54,187 nucleotides of DNA. Origin: Calditrichaceae bacterium. Its GTDB lineage: Bacteria; Calditrichota; Calditrichia; Calditrichales; JBFXGD01. Below the pieces are notes generated by a model. It worked only from the letters and a program-made list of their open reading frames with translations, searched no databases and was not told where the DNA came from. Below, piece after piece: positions 9,165 to 18,087 of the stretch. The position numbers and the translations under genes were made by a program. Each line of letters opens with the position of its first letter. The stretch's first letter is position 1. The stretch lies in the NCBI GenBank assembly GCA_050178385.1, contig JBFXGD010000004.1:1-54187 (forward strand), given 5' to 3'.

Positions 9165-9340
9165 GATTGAAAATTACTCAATTTAAGAATATCACGTAAC
9201 CATTATTTTTAAAAGATTGCAAGAAAATTAGACTGTTCCTATTTTATGCCTGTTAACCAGTTTATTTGAACATAAAAGATACCGCTAATATATGGACAGC
9301 GGAATATTCCAATCAAATTTCTTTCAGGAAAAGAGCTGAA

Positions 9341-9840
9341 ATGAATCTATTGAGAAAAATGAATGATGCCGTTGCCAGAGTTGAATTATGGTTATTGATA
9401 TTTATTGTCTTGACCATGGTTATCCTGGCTTTTATACAGGTTCTTTTAAGGAACGTCTTTGATCAGGGGATTCTGTGGGGAGATACTTTTCTGAGGCATC
9501 TTGTTCTCTGGGTAGGTTTTATCGGGCGTCTCTGGCAACCAAAGACGAAAAACATATCAACATAGACATACTGACGCGATTTCTGCACGGCAGAGCTAAC
9601 TCTGCTGTCCAAATTCTTACAAATCTGTTTGCAGCAATGATCTGTTTTGTACTGAGCGGTGCCGGATGGACCTTTGTAATGCAGGAAATAGAGTTCGGCA
9701 CCATATTATTCAATGATATTCCCGCATGGTATTTTGAAATTATCATTCCGGCGGGTTTTGCGCTGATGGGTATCCGTTTTATTCTCCTTTCCATTGAGTT
9801 GTCAATTAAATGGGTCCAGCCTGAGGGAGGGAAGAAATGA
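9341..9840 (+). pseudogene. dctQ: TRAP transporter small permease DctQ, split by a 1-nt frameshift (or sequencing error)
   Basis: First frame QVLLRNVF..GILWGDTFLRHLVLWVGFIG continues in another frame as ASLATKDEKHINIDIL; junction at GGG 9524-9526. Confidence 0.8.
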
Positions 9841-11120
9841 CAGGCATATTCATCGGTTTAGGGCTGCTTCTGCTGGCCCTGTTTGGAACGTCCCTATTTG
9901 TGATCATCTCGGCTATTGCATTGATCGCTTTTTACTTTGCGGGTATTGATTCGACGGCAGTAATAATAGAATTGTATCGTCTTGCCAGTCAACCGGTTTT
10001 ACTGGCAATTCCTTTGTTTACCTTCGCCGGGTATCTGCTGGCCGAAAGCAATACACCAAAGCGTCTTTTTAACCTGTCGCGGGCGTTATTGGGCTGGCTT
10101 CCGGGCGGACTGGCAATAGTAACCCTTGTCTCATGCGCCATATTCACCGCGTTCACGGGCGCATCGGGCGTAACAATTGTAGCGCTTGGCGGATTGCTTT
10201 ATCCGCTGCTTATTCAGGAAAATTATTCCGAAAAATTCAGTCTGGGGATCCTTACCGCATCGGGGAATCTTGGTCTGTTGTTTCCGCCCAGTCTGCCTAT
10301 TATTCTCTATGGTCTTGTTTCTGAAACAAGCATCGATAAACTTTTTCTCGCGGGAATTATTCCGGGCGCCATAATGGTTGTTCTGCTGTCGCTATATAGT
10401 GTTTTATATATCAAAAAAACATCCCAGGGTCAGATAAAAATCAAGGTTTCATTCAAAGAATTAGTCAAGTCGGGCAGGGAAGCTATCTGGGAAATTCCTC
10501 TGCCGGTAATTATCCTTGGCGGTATTTACACCGGTTTTTTTACAGCCACGGAGGCAGCGGCTGTTACCGCGTTTTATGTTCTTTTTATCGAAGTTATCAT
10601 TTACAGGGATATTTCAATTAAAAAAGATTTGCCCAGGGTCATAAGGGAAAGCATGGTGATGGTCGGCGGGATACTTGTCATTCTGTCTGCGGCGCTGGGA
10701 CTGGCGAATTATCTGATCGACGCCGAAATCCCTATGCAAATTTTAGAAGGAATGAAGGGGGTTGTCAGTACAAAAATCGAATTTTTACTGGTCCTTAATA
10801 TATTTTTACTGATTGTTGGGGCGATGATGGATATTTTTTCCGCTATTATGGTTGTGGCGCCGTTAGTTATACCTATTGCCAGTAATTTTGGAGTGGATCC
10901 GGTTCACCTGGGAATCATATTTCTCGCCAACCTTGGGATCGGATATTCGACTCCTCCGGTTGGGATGAATCTTTTTATCGCATCTTTCCGGTTCGATCAA
11001 CCCATAATAAAACTTTACCGCGCGACGATTCCATTTTTAGTAATATTACTGATCGCCCTGATTCTCATTACGTATATTCCGGAGCTAAGTTTATGGCTTG
11101 TGGGTGTTTTTGGGGTATAA
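9837..11120 (+). CDS. dctM: TRAP transporter large permease DctM
   Basis: LLAIPLFTFAG, GLLFPPS, GGIYTGFFTATEAAA, GVDPVHLG, TPPVGMNLF. Confidence 0.95.
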   Translation: MTGIFIGLGLLLLALFGTSLFVIISAIALIAFYFAGIDSTAVIIELYRLASQPVLLAIPLFTFAGYLLAESNTPKRLFNLSRALLGWLPGGLAIVTLVSCAIFTAFTGASGVTIVALGGLLYPLLIQENYSEKFSLGILTASGNLGLLFPPSLPIILYGLVSETSIDKLFLAGIIPGAIMVVLLSLYSVLYIKKTSQGQIKIKVSFKELVKSGREAIWEIPLPVIILGGIYTGFFTATEAAAVTAFYVLFIEVIIYRDISIKKDLPRVIRESMVMVGGILVILSAALGLANYLIDAEIPMQILEGMKGVVSTKIEFLLVLNIFLLIVGAMMDIFSAIMVVAPLVIPIASNFGVDPVHLGIIFLANLGIGYSTPPVGMNLFIASFRFDQPIIKLYRATIPFLVILLIALILITYIPELSLWLVGVFGV

Positions 11121-11150
11121 AAAAGGCGCGGATTCAATAAAGTCCGCGCC
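11119..11150. terminator. Hairpin terminator between convergent dctM and proline dehydrogenase
   Basis: GGCGCGGA (11125-11132) / TCCGCGCC (11143-11150) with an A run on the left giving a U tail on the minus strand. Confidence 0.7.
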
Positions 11151-11157
11151 ATAATTA

Positions 11158-12060
11158 TCAGGACAGGTGAAATATTTTCTTTATGACATATCCGGCCATT
11201 TTCGGGTTTTCCTTTAACCGTCGGGTTGAATATGCGTACCAGTCTTTTCCGTAAGGAACGTATACGCGCAATCGGTGACCGGCATTTACAATAATGTCAC
11301 GCATTTGTTCATCGACTCCCAGAAGCATTTGAAATTCGTACTCATCTTTTTTCAATTTCAGATCTTCAATGGTTTTAATCCCATGCCAAACAAGCTTTTC
11401 GTCATGAGTAGCTATTCCGACGTAGCACTTGTTTTTTAAAAGCTGTTCTAAATTATATTTATAACTTTCATTGATAATGGCCATATCTTTGTAAGCGTCC
11501 TCTCTGGGCTCTACATAAATCCCCTTGCAAAGACGCAGATTGGCCTTATATGAAATAAGTTTCCTCACATCATCAGCCGTTCGTCGTAAATAGGCCTGAA
11601 TGACAAGACCCACATGGCCTTCAAATTCTTCCTTGAGACGTAAAAACAAATCGATTGTGCTACTGGTAGTGTGGCGGTCCTCCATATCGATGCGGACAAA
11701 ATTATTATATTTCTTTGCCACTTCAATGATACCGCGAATATTAGTATAACAGAATTCCGGATCGAGATTAAGCCCCATGTGTGTTGGTTTCACGGAAATA
11801 TTGGAATTTAGTTTCTGAAGATCGATAGCTTTCAAAATCTCCTTGTATTCATCCGCCGCGGCTGATGCCTGATCCTTATTTGTGACTTCCTCGCCAAGCA
11901 AATCCATCGTGGCCATGATCCCTTTGGAATTTAACGCCCTTACTACCGAAATGGCCTCGTTTAAGGTTGATCCGGCGATATAAGTCCGGGAAAAATATCT
12001 GACAATCGGTTTTGGAACAACAGGAAGTGTTAAAACGATTAATTTATCCAGTAAGCTCAT
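11158..12060 (-). CDS. Monofunctional proline dehydrogenase
   Basis: YIAG, DLLGE, VRIDMED, LRLCKGIY, IATHD, EFQMLLG, RVYVPYG..WYAYSTRRLKE. Confidence 0.93.
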   Translation of the reverse strand: MSLLDKLIVLTLPVVPKPIVRYFSRTYIAGSTLNEAISVVRALNSKGIMATMDLLGEEVTNKDQASAAADEYKEILKAIDLQKLNSNISVKPTHMGLNLDPEFCYTNIRGIIEVAKKYNNFVRIDMEDRHTTSSTIDLFLRLKEEFEGHVGLVIQAYLRRTADDVRKLISYKANLRLCKGIYVEPREDAYKDMAIINESYKYNLEQLLKNKCYVGIATHDEKLVWHGIKTIEDLKLKKDEYEFQMLLGVDEQMRDIIVNAGHRLRVYVPYGKDWYAYSTRRLKENPKMAGYVIKKIFHLS

Positions 12061-12329
12061 ACCTACTCCATGTTTCGTACAATATTCTGCCAAAATGCGG
12101 CTATATAATCTATTAAATATTAAATTCTTAATTAGTGAATAATTTATCAGAATGAAATTTTCTAATCAATACATTTTTTAGTTTTTTGACATGAGGGAAA
12201 ATGAAAATTGGAGATTTTTTAAATCTCTAAACAGGCAAAAGGCTGATAAATTTGTCTTCTGATTTATCACTTTGCGGGGATCATGAATTTATAAATAATT
12301 ATTGATGCCAACAAAATTACCGATAGGAC

Positions 12330-12548
12330 TCAGATGGACTTGTTACTATGATCGAATTTGATAGATTTCTCAAATTTGCCATTATGATCGTAAATCTTAA
12401 TTATAGCATCCGGTTCTTCTTTGATCATCTGATTTGCCGCGCTAAGCGCGTTGCCTTTTGAGAAATACAAACTCAGCCCGAACTCGTCGTTTTCAATGGC
12501 CCAATGAACACCGAAAGGCGCGATACGATAGACATTTTTGTGCGGCAT
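12330..12548 (-). CDS. DUF2188-like small protein
   Basis: YRIAP...WAI.....F.K.AL..A...IKIYDHNGKF pattern. Confidence 0.6.
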   Translation of the reverse strand: MPHKNVYRIAPFGVHWAIENDEFGLSLYFSKGNALSAANQMIKEEPDAIIKIYDHNGKFEKSIKFDHSNKSI

Positions 12549-12714
12549 ACCAATATCCTTGTGTTATAAATTTTTCTGATAGATAGATATTGGGGATTCA
12601 TTTGTAACGAGATTCTGCAGCTATAAATACATGCAGAATATAATTGATGCGAAAAAGAAGAAAGAGGTCTATTAAAGGCTGAATCCCATTTTGCTATATT
12701 ATAACGTAGTTACT

Positions 12715-13779
12715 CTACGATTTATTCTTTTTTATTTTAAATTCAGGTATAAAGCTCCCAAATCCCTGATTGCAATTTCGACACATATCAATACTTTTGC
12801 GGTCTTTGATTAATAGATCGCGAAATTCAGAAAATTGCCCGCTCAGCCAGATTTCGTCGAATCGTCCGGTAAGATTGATATTTCCCATATTGAAATGTCC
12901 GTTTTTATCGAAACAGCATGGCACCACTGAACCGTCCCAGTTTATCAGTGTTGACATCCAGGGCCGCGGACATGATTTTTTATGATTATTTTTTACGTTA
13001 AATGTATCACCGCTAAAATCATATCGTCTGAATTTCTCATTTTCCGGCAGCCAGGTTTTTGCTTCATTCAAAGAACGCACTTCGATGTTTTTGATCAGGA
13101 TCCGGTCCACACCAATCTCTTTGCCCAGGTTTTTAATTGCTGTGAGTTCATGTTCATTGTGTTTCATTACAAGAAACTGAAGCGCGATCAGCGGTGTTTT
13201 ACTTTTCCGCTGACGCTTTATCTCCATAAATCGGCGTAATCCCGTTATTACTTTAGAAACATCACCTTTTACCCGGTATGTTTCGTATGTTTCCTGTGTT
13301 ATTCCATCGAGAGAAACAATCATGCTGTCAAGCCCCGAATCAATAGTAGCATTGATTGATTCATCGGTGAAATAATGGGCATTAGTGCTGGTAGTGCAAT
13401 AAATGTTTTTTTCTTTTGCCAGATTTACAAATTCAAGGAAATGTTTATTGATGTACGGTTCACCCTGATGATAGAGAAGCAGAAAAAAAACATCATCTCC
13501 TAACTGATTAAGAATGGATCGAAAAGTGTGAAGAGACATTTTTCCTACCGTTCTTTCCATCTCTCCGGCACCGGTTGTACAAAGGGGACATTTAAGATTA
13601 CAGACATTTGTCGGTTCGATGGTGAGAATCGGGGGGGTGCCCCAAAGGATGTTCCTGTTCATAGCAGCGGACAGAACAAACGAGATACCTGTTTTCATAA
13701 GATTTATAAATCGGCGTACTGTCAGTGACCGGATCAGGTTAAGGAGTATAAGTTCATTCAAGCGAATTCTCTCAATCAT
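12715..13779 (-). CDS. Radical SAM protein with SPASM/twitch domain
   Basis: TIEPTNVCNLKCPLC, QGEP, C-terminal CPRPW...VVPCCFD...CRNC. Confidence 0.9.
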   Translation of the reverse strand: MIERIRLNELILLNLIRSLTVRRFINLMKTGISFVLSAAMNRNILWGTPPILTIEPTNVCNLKCPLCTTGAGEMERTVGKMSLHTFRSILNQLGDDVFFLLLYHQGEPYINKHFLEFVNLAKEKNIYCTTSTNAHYFTDESINATIDSGLDSMIVSLDGITQETYETYRVKGDVSKVITGLRRFMEIKRQRKSKTPLIALQFLVMKHNEHELTAIKNLGKEIGVDRILIKNIEVRSLNEAKTWLPENEKFRRYDFSGDTFNVKNNHKKSCPRPWMSTLINWDGSVVPCCFDKNGHFNMGNINLTGRFDEIWLSGQFSEFRDLLIKDRKSIDMCRNCNQGFGSFIPEFKIKKNKS

Positions 13780-13964
13780 GGATTTTTCTGTTTTAACTGC
13801 CAAAAAAGTTAAATGATTTCATGACCGATTGCAAAAAGCATTATAGAAATCATTAATTTTATGAAGGATGTGTACTGTCCCGATTGAAAAATGAGTGACA
13901 GGTTGTAATTATGGTTTAAACCTGCTAAATTTCTTAGGCATTTATTTAGAACGGATTTATTCAG

Positions 13965-15062
13965 ATGGACTTGATCTACTGGTTTTTTCTTATATCAAAT
14001 GGCTTTTATCTTTGTTTGCTGCTGCTTGTCTTTGCCGGGCTGAGGATGTTGAAAATAAAGAACAAGACAAATTACCCGAAAATTTCGATCGTTATCGCGG
14101 CTCGAAATGAAGAGATGAGGATAGCTCCGGCCATTCATTCCATATTGAATTTAAACTATCCGGTTGACAAATTTGAAGTTATATGGGTAGATGACGCATC
14201 GACCGACAATACGGCTAAGATAATAGAACGGCACGTGAAGGAACAAAAAAACTGGAAACTGATATTGCTTGACGAAAAGAGTACCAGTCTGCGCGGGAAA
14301 AAGAAAGCGTTAAAGTCAGGAATAGATCAGGCTAAGGGTGAACTGATATTTACTACAGATGCGGATTGTGAGGTTCCGCCGGACTGGCTGATGATAATGA
14401 GTTCATATTTTGATGACCATACAAGTATGGTACTGGGACATTCACCTTTAACAGGGCTAAAAGGCTTTTTGGGGCGTATCTTAGAATTTGATAACCTGTT
14501 TTCCGCTGTGGTTACAGCAGCGCCCACAAAATTAGGTTTTCCCATGAGCAGTATTGGACGCAATCTGTCATACAGAAAAAGCGTCTATGCGGATATTGGC
14601 GGATATGATGCCCTGAAAAAATTCAGAAGCGGTGATGATGTGCATTTGACAGAACGCTTCCGCAGAAAAGATGGTGGAAAAATTGATTACTGCGCACATC
14701 CGGCAACTTTTGTATCCACAAAACCACCGATTACACGTAAGGAGATATTTCATCAGCAGGTAAGGAAAAACAGTAAAACGCTGAAAAAATCATTGCCATC
14801 GGTCCTGCTTTCAACGGTGTTGTTCTTTTACTTCATCATTCTCATTATATTTCCTTTTTTAAATTCAAACTGGCTGGTACTTTGGCTGGCCTTACTGGCA
14901 ATTAAATTCGGCGCGGAACTGGTTACCCTGATTAAAGCCTGTTTTATATTCAGGAAAAAAGAATTAATACCGTATCTGCCTCTGATGCAGATTGTTTACC
15001 CGGGCTATGTTATTATCTTTAGCCTTTTGGGAGCCCTGCAAATTTATGAATGGAAAAAGTAG
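13965..15062 (+). CDS. Glycosyltransferase family 2 (membrane-bound)
   Basis: SIVIAARNEE, VDDASTD, TTDADC (DxD), SGDD, TM helices at both ends. Confidence 0.92.
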   Translation: MDLIYWFFLISNGFYLCLLLLVFAGLRMLKIKNKTNYPKISIVIAARNEEMRIAPAIHSILNLNYPVDKFEVIWVDDASTDNTAKIIERHVKEQKNWKLILLDEKSTSLRGKKKALKSGIDQAKGELIFTTDADCEVPPDWLMIMSSYFDDHTSMVLGHSPLTGLKGFLGRILEFDNLFSAVVTAAPTKLGFPMSSIGRNLSYRKSVYADIGGYDALKKFRSGDDVHLTERFRRKDGGKIDYCAHPATFVSTKPPITRKEIFHQQVRKNSKTLKKSLPSVLLSTVLFFYFIILIIFPFLNSNWLVLWLALLAIKFGAELVTLIKACFIFRKKELIPYLPLMQIVYPGYVIIFSLLGALQIYEWKK

Positions 15063-15133
15063 GCCGGCTTAGCTAAATTGACACACTTTTAAGACATCCG
15101 GAATAAAAGATTTATTAAAAGATTAAACAGCAT

Positions 15134-16102
15134 ATGAAAGAAATATTAACACAGCGGATCCTATTCACGTTAAAGTACCTTGTGGGATTTTTTCTTCTCG
15201 CCTGGATATTGGCATATGTTGACCGCAAGCAGATGCTTGCAACAATAATGAACTTAGAGCTTTCAATAATTGTCTTTGTCATTATTCTTGCTTTTGTCAG
15301 CCTGGCTGCTCAATTTTACCGCTGGAAATATCTTGTTGAGAGCAATTCCACCCATTTCAGGTCCGCGGATTTAATGCCCTCATTTTTCGCCGGGTTTGCA
15401 TTTCGCATGATGCTACCCGGCGGGCATGCGGAAATTACGAAAGTATTCCTGCTTCCGGGGAAAAAGGGAGGCAAAGTGGTAGCGTTTGGAATCGAAAAAT
15501 TTTTTCAGACTTATATAAAAATTTTCCTGGTATCCTTAGCGTTTCCTATAATATTTCCTGAGTATCGTTTGATTTTATGGGGAGTAAGCGGTGTATTGCT
15601 GGTGGCTTATTTTTTTCTCCCGCGCATGATGCAAAGGGCTTTTCTTAAAAAGTACCAGGAAAGAGAAGTAAATTACCACAGCTTATTTTTTAGAACACTT
15701 ATTTATTCGATGGCAATTTTCAGCGGACTGATTTTGCAGTATTACTATTTGCTCAATTCGGTTCACGATATTGGTTTTTATGAAACTTCACTATCGGTAA
15801 TTTTCATCTGGGGAGCGGGCTTACTGCCGATTTCCGTTTCAGGACTGGGGGTCAGGGAAGCGCTGTCAGTTTTTTTCTTTGGTAAGTATGGTATTCCGGG
15901 CTCATCTGCGGTCGGGCTTTCGCTGTTTCTGTTTTTTATAAACGCGATTCTGCCGGCTTTTGCGGGTGTTTACTATATAATAAAAAGAAGAAGCGATCTT
16001 CGGGATGCGGGCGGGGTTTTCAAATCGGCAACAAAAATAGTCATTGGAACGGGTAAAAATAGATTTATTTTCAAAAAAAAACAGACAGACTTAGATAAAT
16101 AG
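15134..16102 (+). CDS. Lysylphosphatidylglycerol-synthase TM-domain / UPF0104 flippase-like protein
   Basis: RWKYL, MLPGG, IEK, LPISVSGLGVREA motifs; about 8 TM helices. Confidence 0.85.
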   Translation: MKEILTQRILFTLKYLVGFFLLAWILAYVDRKQMLATIMNLELSIIVFVIILAFVSLAAQFYRWKYLVESNSTHFRSADLMPSFFAGFAFRMMLPGGHAEITKVFLLPGKKGGKVVAFGIEKFFQTYIKIFLVSLAFPIIFPEYRLILWGVSGVLLVAYFFLPRMMQRAFLKKYQEREVNYHSLFFRTLIYSMAIFSGLILQYYYLLNSVHDIGFYETSLSVIFIWGAGLLPISVSGLGVREALSVFFFGKYGIPGSSAVGLSLFLFFINAILPAFAGVYYIIKRRSDLRDAGGVFKSATKIVIGTGKNRFIFKKKQTDLDK

Positions 16103-16236
16103 AAGGTATAACTTTTATCATGCAGGACAAAAATAAATAAACAGAATTACCGGATAAGTTAAATTCGTTGTCACTTAAAATCAGAAACTCGGTGAAAAGC
16201 ATATCGCCGGTCCGTGGAACTAATTATGAGAATCAG

Positions 16237-17334
16237 ATGTCAGTTTTAGATAAATTAACACTCTCCTTTTTGCCTTTTAAATCAGCAATACGCCTTCTGC
16301 GGGTATCTAAAATCAGATATACCCCGCGCCGGCTTTTAAATTTTTTCAAAATCTGGCTGTCAATGAATATTTCAAAGATGATACGTAAGTCTGTTGTCTG
16401 GGGATACGCGCCGGTTCTGATGGTGGAGCCGACAAATATATGTAATCTTAAATGTCCCATGTGTCCTTCGGGAAACGGTGATATGGCGCGCCCGAAAGGT
16501 AAACTTGATCTGGATAATTTCAGGCGGTTAATGGATGACGTGGGAGATTATATATTTCTGGTACAATTCTGGAATCAGGGCGAGCCCTTCATTAATAAAT
16601 CTTTTATCGATTTTGTAAAATACGCTAAAGCAAAGGGTGTAATGACGCAGACATCGACCAATGGTCATTTTGTCCGGGACGATGAGGCGGCAGACGAAGT
16701 TATTCTTTCAGGGCTTGATCAGATTATTTTTTCAATGGATGGAACGAATCAGGAAACTTATGAACGATACAGGGTCGGAGGTAACTATCATCTGGTGCTT
16801 GAAACTCTCGCCCGGTTGTCGTTTGCAAAACAACGGCATAACAGTAAAACGCCTTTTATTGAATTGCAGTTTATCGTTTTTAAACATAATCAAAATGAGA
16901 TTGATGAGATCATACAACTTGCGAAGCGGTATAAAGTCGATCATCTGTCTTTTAAAACGGCGCAGGTATATTCCGCTGATCAGGCGGAAGAATTTTTACC
17001 CGATGATGCTGATATGAGGCGTTATTCATTCGACGGCAATAATTTACATCTTAAGGATGAAGTTCCGAACTGGTGTAAGAGGTTATGGATGAATTCAACT
17101 GTAAATTGGGATGGGTCCGTAAGTCCATGCTGCTTTGACAAAGACGCGGATCATGCCTTTGCCAATATATTTACGGATGACGTTTCCTTTAGAGAAACCT
17201 GGAAGAATAAAAAATACATGAACTTCCGCGGCAGGGTTTTAAACAATCGGAAGGCGATTGATATGTGCAGGAACTGTACTGAAGGATTAAAAGAGCCTTA
17301 CGCGCGGGTTGTTAATCTTGATGAAGTTTCATAG
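16237..17334 (+). CDS. Radical SAM protein with SPASM/twitch domain (paralog of 12715..13779)
   Basis: MVEPTNICNLKCPMC, QGEP, CKRLW...VSPCCFD...CRNC. Confidence 0.9.
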   Translation: MSVLDKLTLSFLPFKSAIRLLRVSKIRYTPRRLLNFFKIWLSMNISKMIRKSVVWGYAPVLMVEPTNICNLKCPMCPSGNGDMARPKGKLDLDNFRRLMDDVGDYIFLVQFWNQGEPFINKSFIDFVKYAKAKGVMTQTSTNGHFVRDDEAADEVILSGLDQIIFSMDGTNQETYERYRVGGNYHLVLETLARLSFAKQRHNSKTPFIELQFIVFKHNQNEIDEIIQLAKRYKVDHLSFKTAQVYSADQAEEFLPDDADMRRYSFDGNNLHLKDEVPNWCKRLWMNSTVNWDGSVSPCCFDKDADHAFANIFTDDVSFRETWKNKKYMNFRGRVLNNRKAIDMCRNCTEGLKEPYARVVNLDEVS

Positions 17335-17338
17335 TCCG

Positions 17339-17974
17339 TTAGACCTCATACCATTTCAGATAATCTTCCGCATAAATTTGAATATCATCAAACCAGACTT
17401 TCCCTCCGTCATTGCCAATGGCATCAAGACCGGTTTTTAAGAGAATACGCCGGGTCCCGGGCGGAATTGTGAAAATCAGGATGATCTCCTTCCAGTCACT
17501 TGTACCGGTTAATTGTGATGATTCTGCAGTGCTGGCGCTAAGGACAAAACTGTGGTGAAATTTGTCGGGGAACATGATTTTTATCCAGGCGCTGCGATTG
17601 AGATTTTTTGTTTTTACCCAGGCTCTTAGTTTATAGGTGTGCCCCGGTTGGAAATTATTTAACGTTTGTGACCAGTAATAAGATGCCGGGATTTCTTGAT
17701 GAGTCACCGGGATTTCTATGGAAACGGAGCGATCACCGGTGTGAAATATTTGGTTATCCCAATGGTAAATCGCATGATCCTGAACAGTATTGGAATGAGG
17801 TTTGAACCACCGGGAGGGTATTTGTTTCATCAGGCTGTGGTCTTCAAAACCCCCATTATAGACCAATTGAAACGGGTGAAAATCGTCCGACGCATTTCTG
17901 TTTATGTTTTCCTCGCTACAGGTAAACAGCAGAGACGCGGCATACAGCAAGATTAAAAATATCGGGAGTTTCAT
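17339..17974 (-). CDS. Putative lipoprotein with a CBM4/9-like jelly-roll domain
   Basis: Lipobox-like LFTC; LVYNGGFE, PGHTYKLRAWVKT, GTSDWKE, GKVWFDDI. Confidence 0.7.
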   Translation of the reverse strand: MKLPIFLILLYAASLLFTCSEENINRNASDDFHPFQLVYNGGFEDHSLMKQIPSRWFKPHSNTVQDHAIYHWDNQIFHTGDRSVSIEIPVTHQEIPASYYWSQTLNNFQPGHTYKLRAWVKTKNLNRSAWIKIMFPDKFHHSFVLSASTAESSQLTGTSDWKEIILIFTIPPGTRRILLKTGLDAIGNDGGKVWFDDIQIYAEDYLKWYEV

Positions 17975-18054
17975 AAGAATCCCTCTTAGTCAGATTACTA
18001 TCTATCTATCATAACTAAAAGAGAAAGAAAAATATTTTCGAAGTCATGAAATAA

Positions 18055-18079
18055 ACAGCGGCAGAAAATCTGCCGCTGT
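18055..18079. terminator. Hairpin downstream of acs (probable terminator)
   Basis: Perfect 11-bp stem ACAGCGGCAGA-AAA-TCTGCCGCTGT, 8 bp past the acs stop. Confidence 0.75.
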
Positions 18080-18087
18080 CATTATAT

